A stretch of 64,000 nt of DNA from NCBI GenBank assembly GCA_034530875.2, contig JAVRCJ020000038.1:1-64000 (forward strand). Direction: 5' to 3'. The position numbers were made by a program, and so were the translations under genes. Below are positions 63,270-64,000 of the stretch, piece after piece; within the stretch, counting starts at the first letter, position 1, and each line of letters starts with the position of its first letter. Origin of the DNA: Nostoc sp. DedSLP01 (GTDB taxonomy: Bacteria > Cyanobacteriota > Cyanobacteriia > Cyanobacteriales > Nostocaceae). The notes under the pieces were generated by a model. That model saw nothing but the letters and a program-made list of their open reading frames with translations, had not been told where the DNA came from and searched no databases.

Positions 63270-63764
63270 ATGAGACCAAACCCAATACCACCGCAACCCG
63301 GTCAAGAATCAGTTTGGAATTATCCGCGTCCGGCCTGTTTAGAAGATACTAATAAACACTTGCGGGTAATTTGTAATGGGATTGTTTTGGCAGAAACCAA
63401 CAAAGGTAAAAGGGTTTTAGAAACAAGCCATCCCCCAGTCTATTACTTTCCCGCTGAAGACATTAAACTAGAGCATTTGATTGAAACGCCGAAAAAAGGC
63501 TTGTGTGAATGGAAAGGCAGATATCAATATTATGATGTCAGCATTGGCGATAAATATCTAAAATCTGCTGTTTGGCGATATATTGACGCCACTCCTAATT
63601 TTGTTTCCCTTGAAAAATACTATGCTTTTATGCCTAGTTTAATGGATGCTTGCTATGTCAATGATGAGTTAGCAACACCTCAACCTGGTGATTTTTATGC
63701 AGGATGGATTACTTCTGATATTGTCGGCCCATTTAAAGGTAGTCCTGGAACAATGTGGTGGTAA
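63270..63764 (+). CDS. DUF427 domain protein
   Basis: ESVWNYPRP, ETSHPPVYY, CEWKG, FYAGWIT; AGGAG RBS before ATG at 63270. Confidence 0.85.
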   Translation: MRPNPIPPQPGQESVWNYPRPACLEDTNKHLRVICNGIVLAETNKGKRVLETSHPPVYYFPAEDIKLEHLIETPKKGLCEWKGRYQYYDVSIGDKYLKSAVWRYIDATPNFVSLEKYYAFMPSLMDACYVNDELATPQPGDFYAGWITSDIVGPFKGSPGTMWW

Positions 63765-63785
63765 TTCCAAGACTAAATAACACAG

Positions 63786-64000
63786 TTAAAACCAATACTT
63801 GGGATATGTTCTCTCGTGTGCCAAATTATTGAATACCACAGCACAAAGTACCAAAACTATCGAACCTTCTAAGGCAGGAGTGAAAAGAAATTCCCACGAT
63901 GCTTTTGTCATCATTACAACTAATGCAACTGCGCCTGAAGGAGGGTGTAAAGTTGCAGTAAGTTGCATCATACCAATGGCTGTAGCTACTGCCATTCCCA
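63786..64000 (-). CDS. HPP family membrane protein, C-terminal part (truncated by window)
   Basis: TLHPPSGAVAL...YPKYWF. Confidence 0.85.
   Translation of the reverse strand, partial: GMAVATAIGMMQLTATLHPPSGAVALVVMMTKASWEFLFTPALEGSIVLVLCAVVFNNLAHERTYPKYWF

Overview
A 64-kb chromosomal window from a filamentous cyanobacterium, most likely Nostocales: it has the split rpoC1/rpoC2, dense HIP1 GCGATCGC octamers, heptamer tandem repeats (STRR) and small dispersed repeats. The core backbone is rbp, ndhB, rpoC2-rpoC1-rpoB-tatD-rpsT, hisD, usp, hslO, DUF92, SWIM+SNF2 and pnp. The standout accessory island is at ~23.8-31.0 kb. There, a C39-peptidase ABC exporter and a divergent HlyD flank five double-glycine-leader genes. 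Four of these are tandem paralogues with Cys-free, aromatic-free, Gly/Asn-patterned ~75-aa cores; the fifth is a Lys-rich peptide with an acidic amphipathic tail. No modification enzyme or immunity gene is visible, so the locus may secrete a structural (fibre, amyloid or matrix) protein rather than a classic bacteriocin (inference). Other accessory items: an IS end interrupting a DUF6745-like gene; a papain-fold toxin/partner pair between degenerate direct repeats; a FIST/histidine-kinase operon divergent from a stand-alone terpene synthase; a 467-aa LAGLIDADG intein in the SNF2 Walker A motif; an egtD plus short OvoA-like pair; and several small repeats inserted in-frame in genes. All calls come from motif recognition in the sequence alone; no searches were run.
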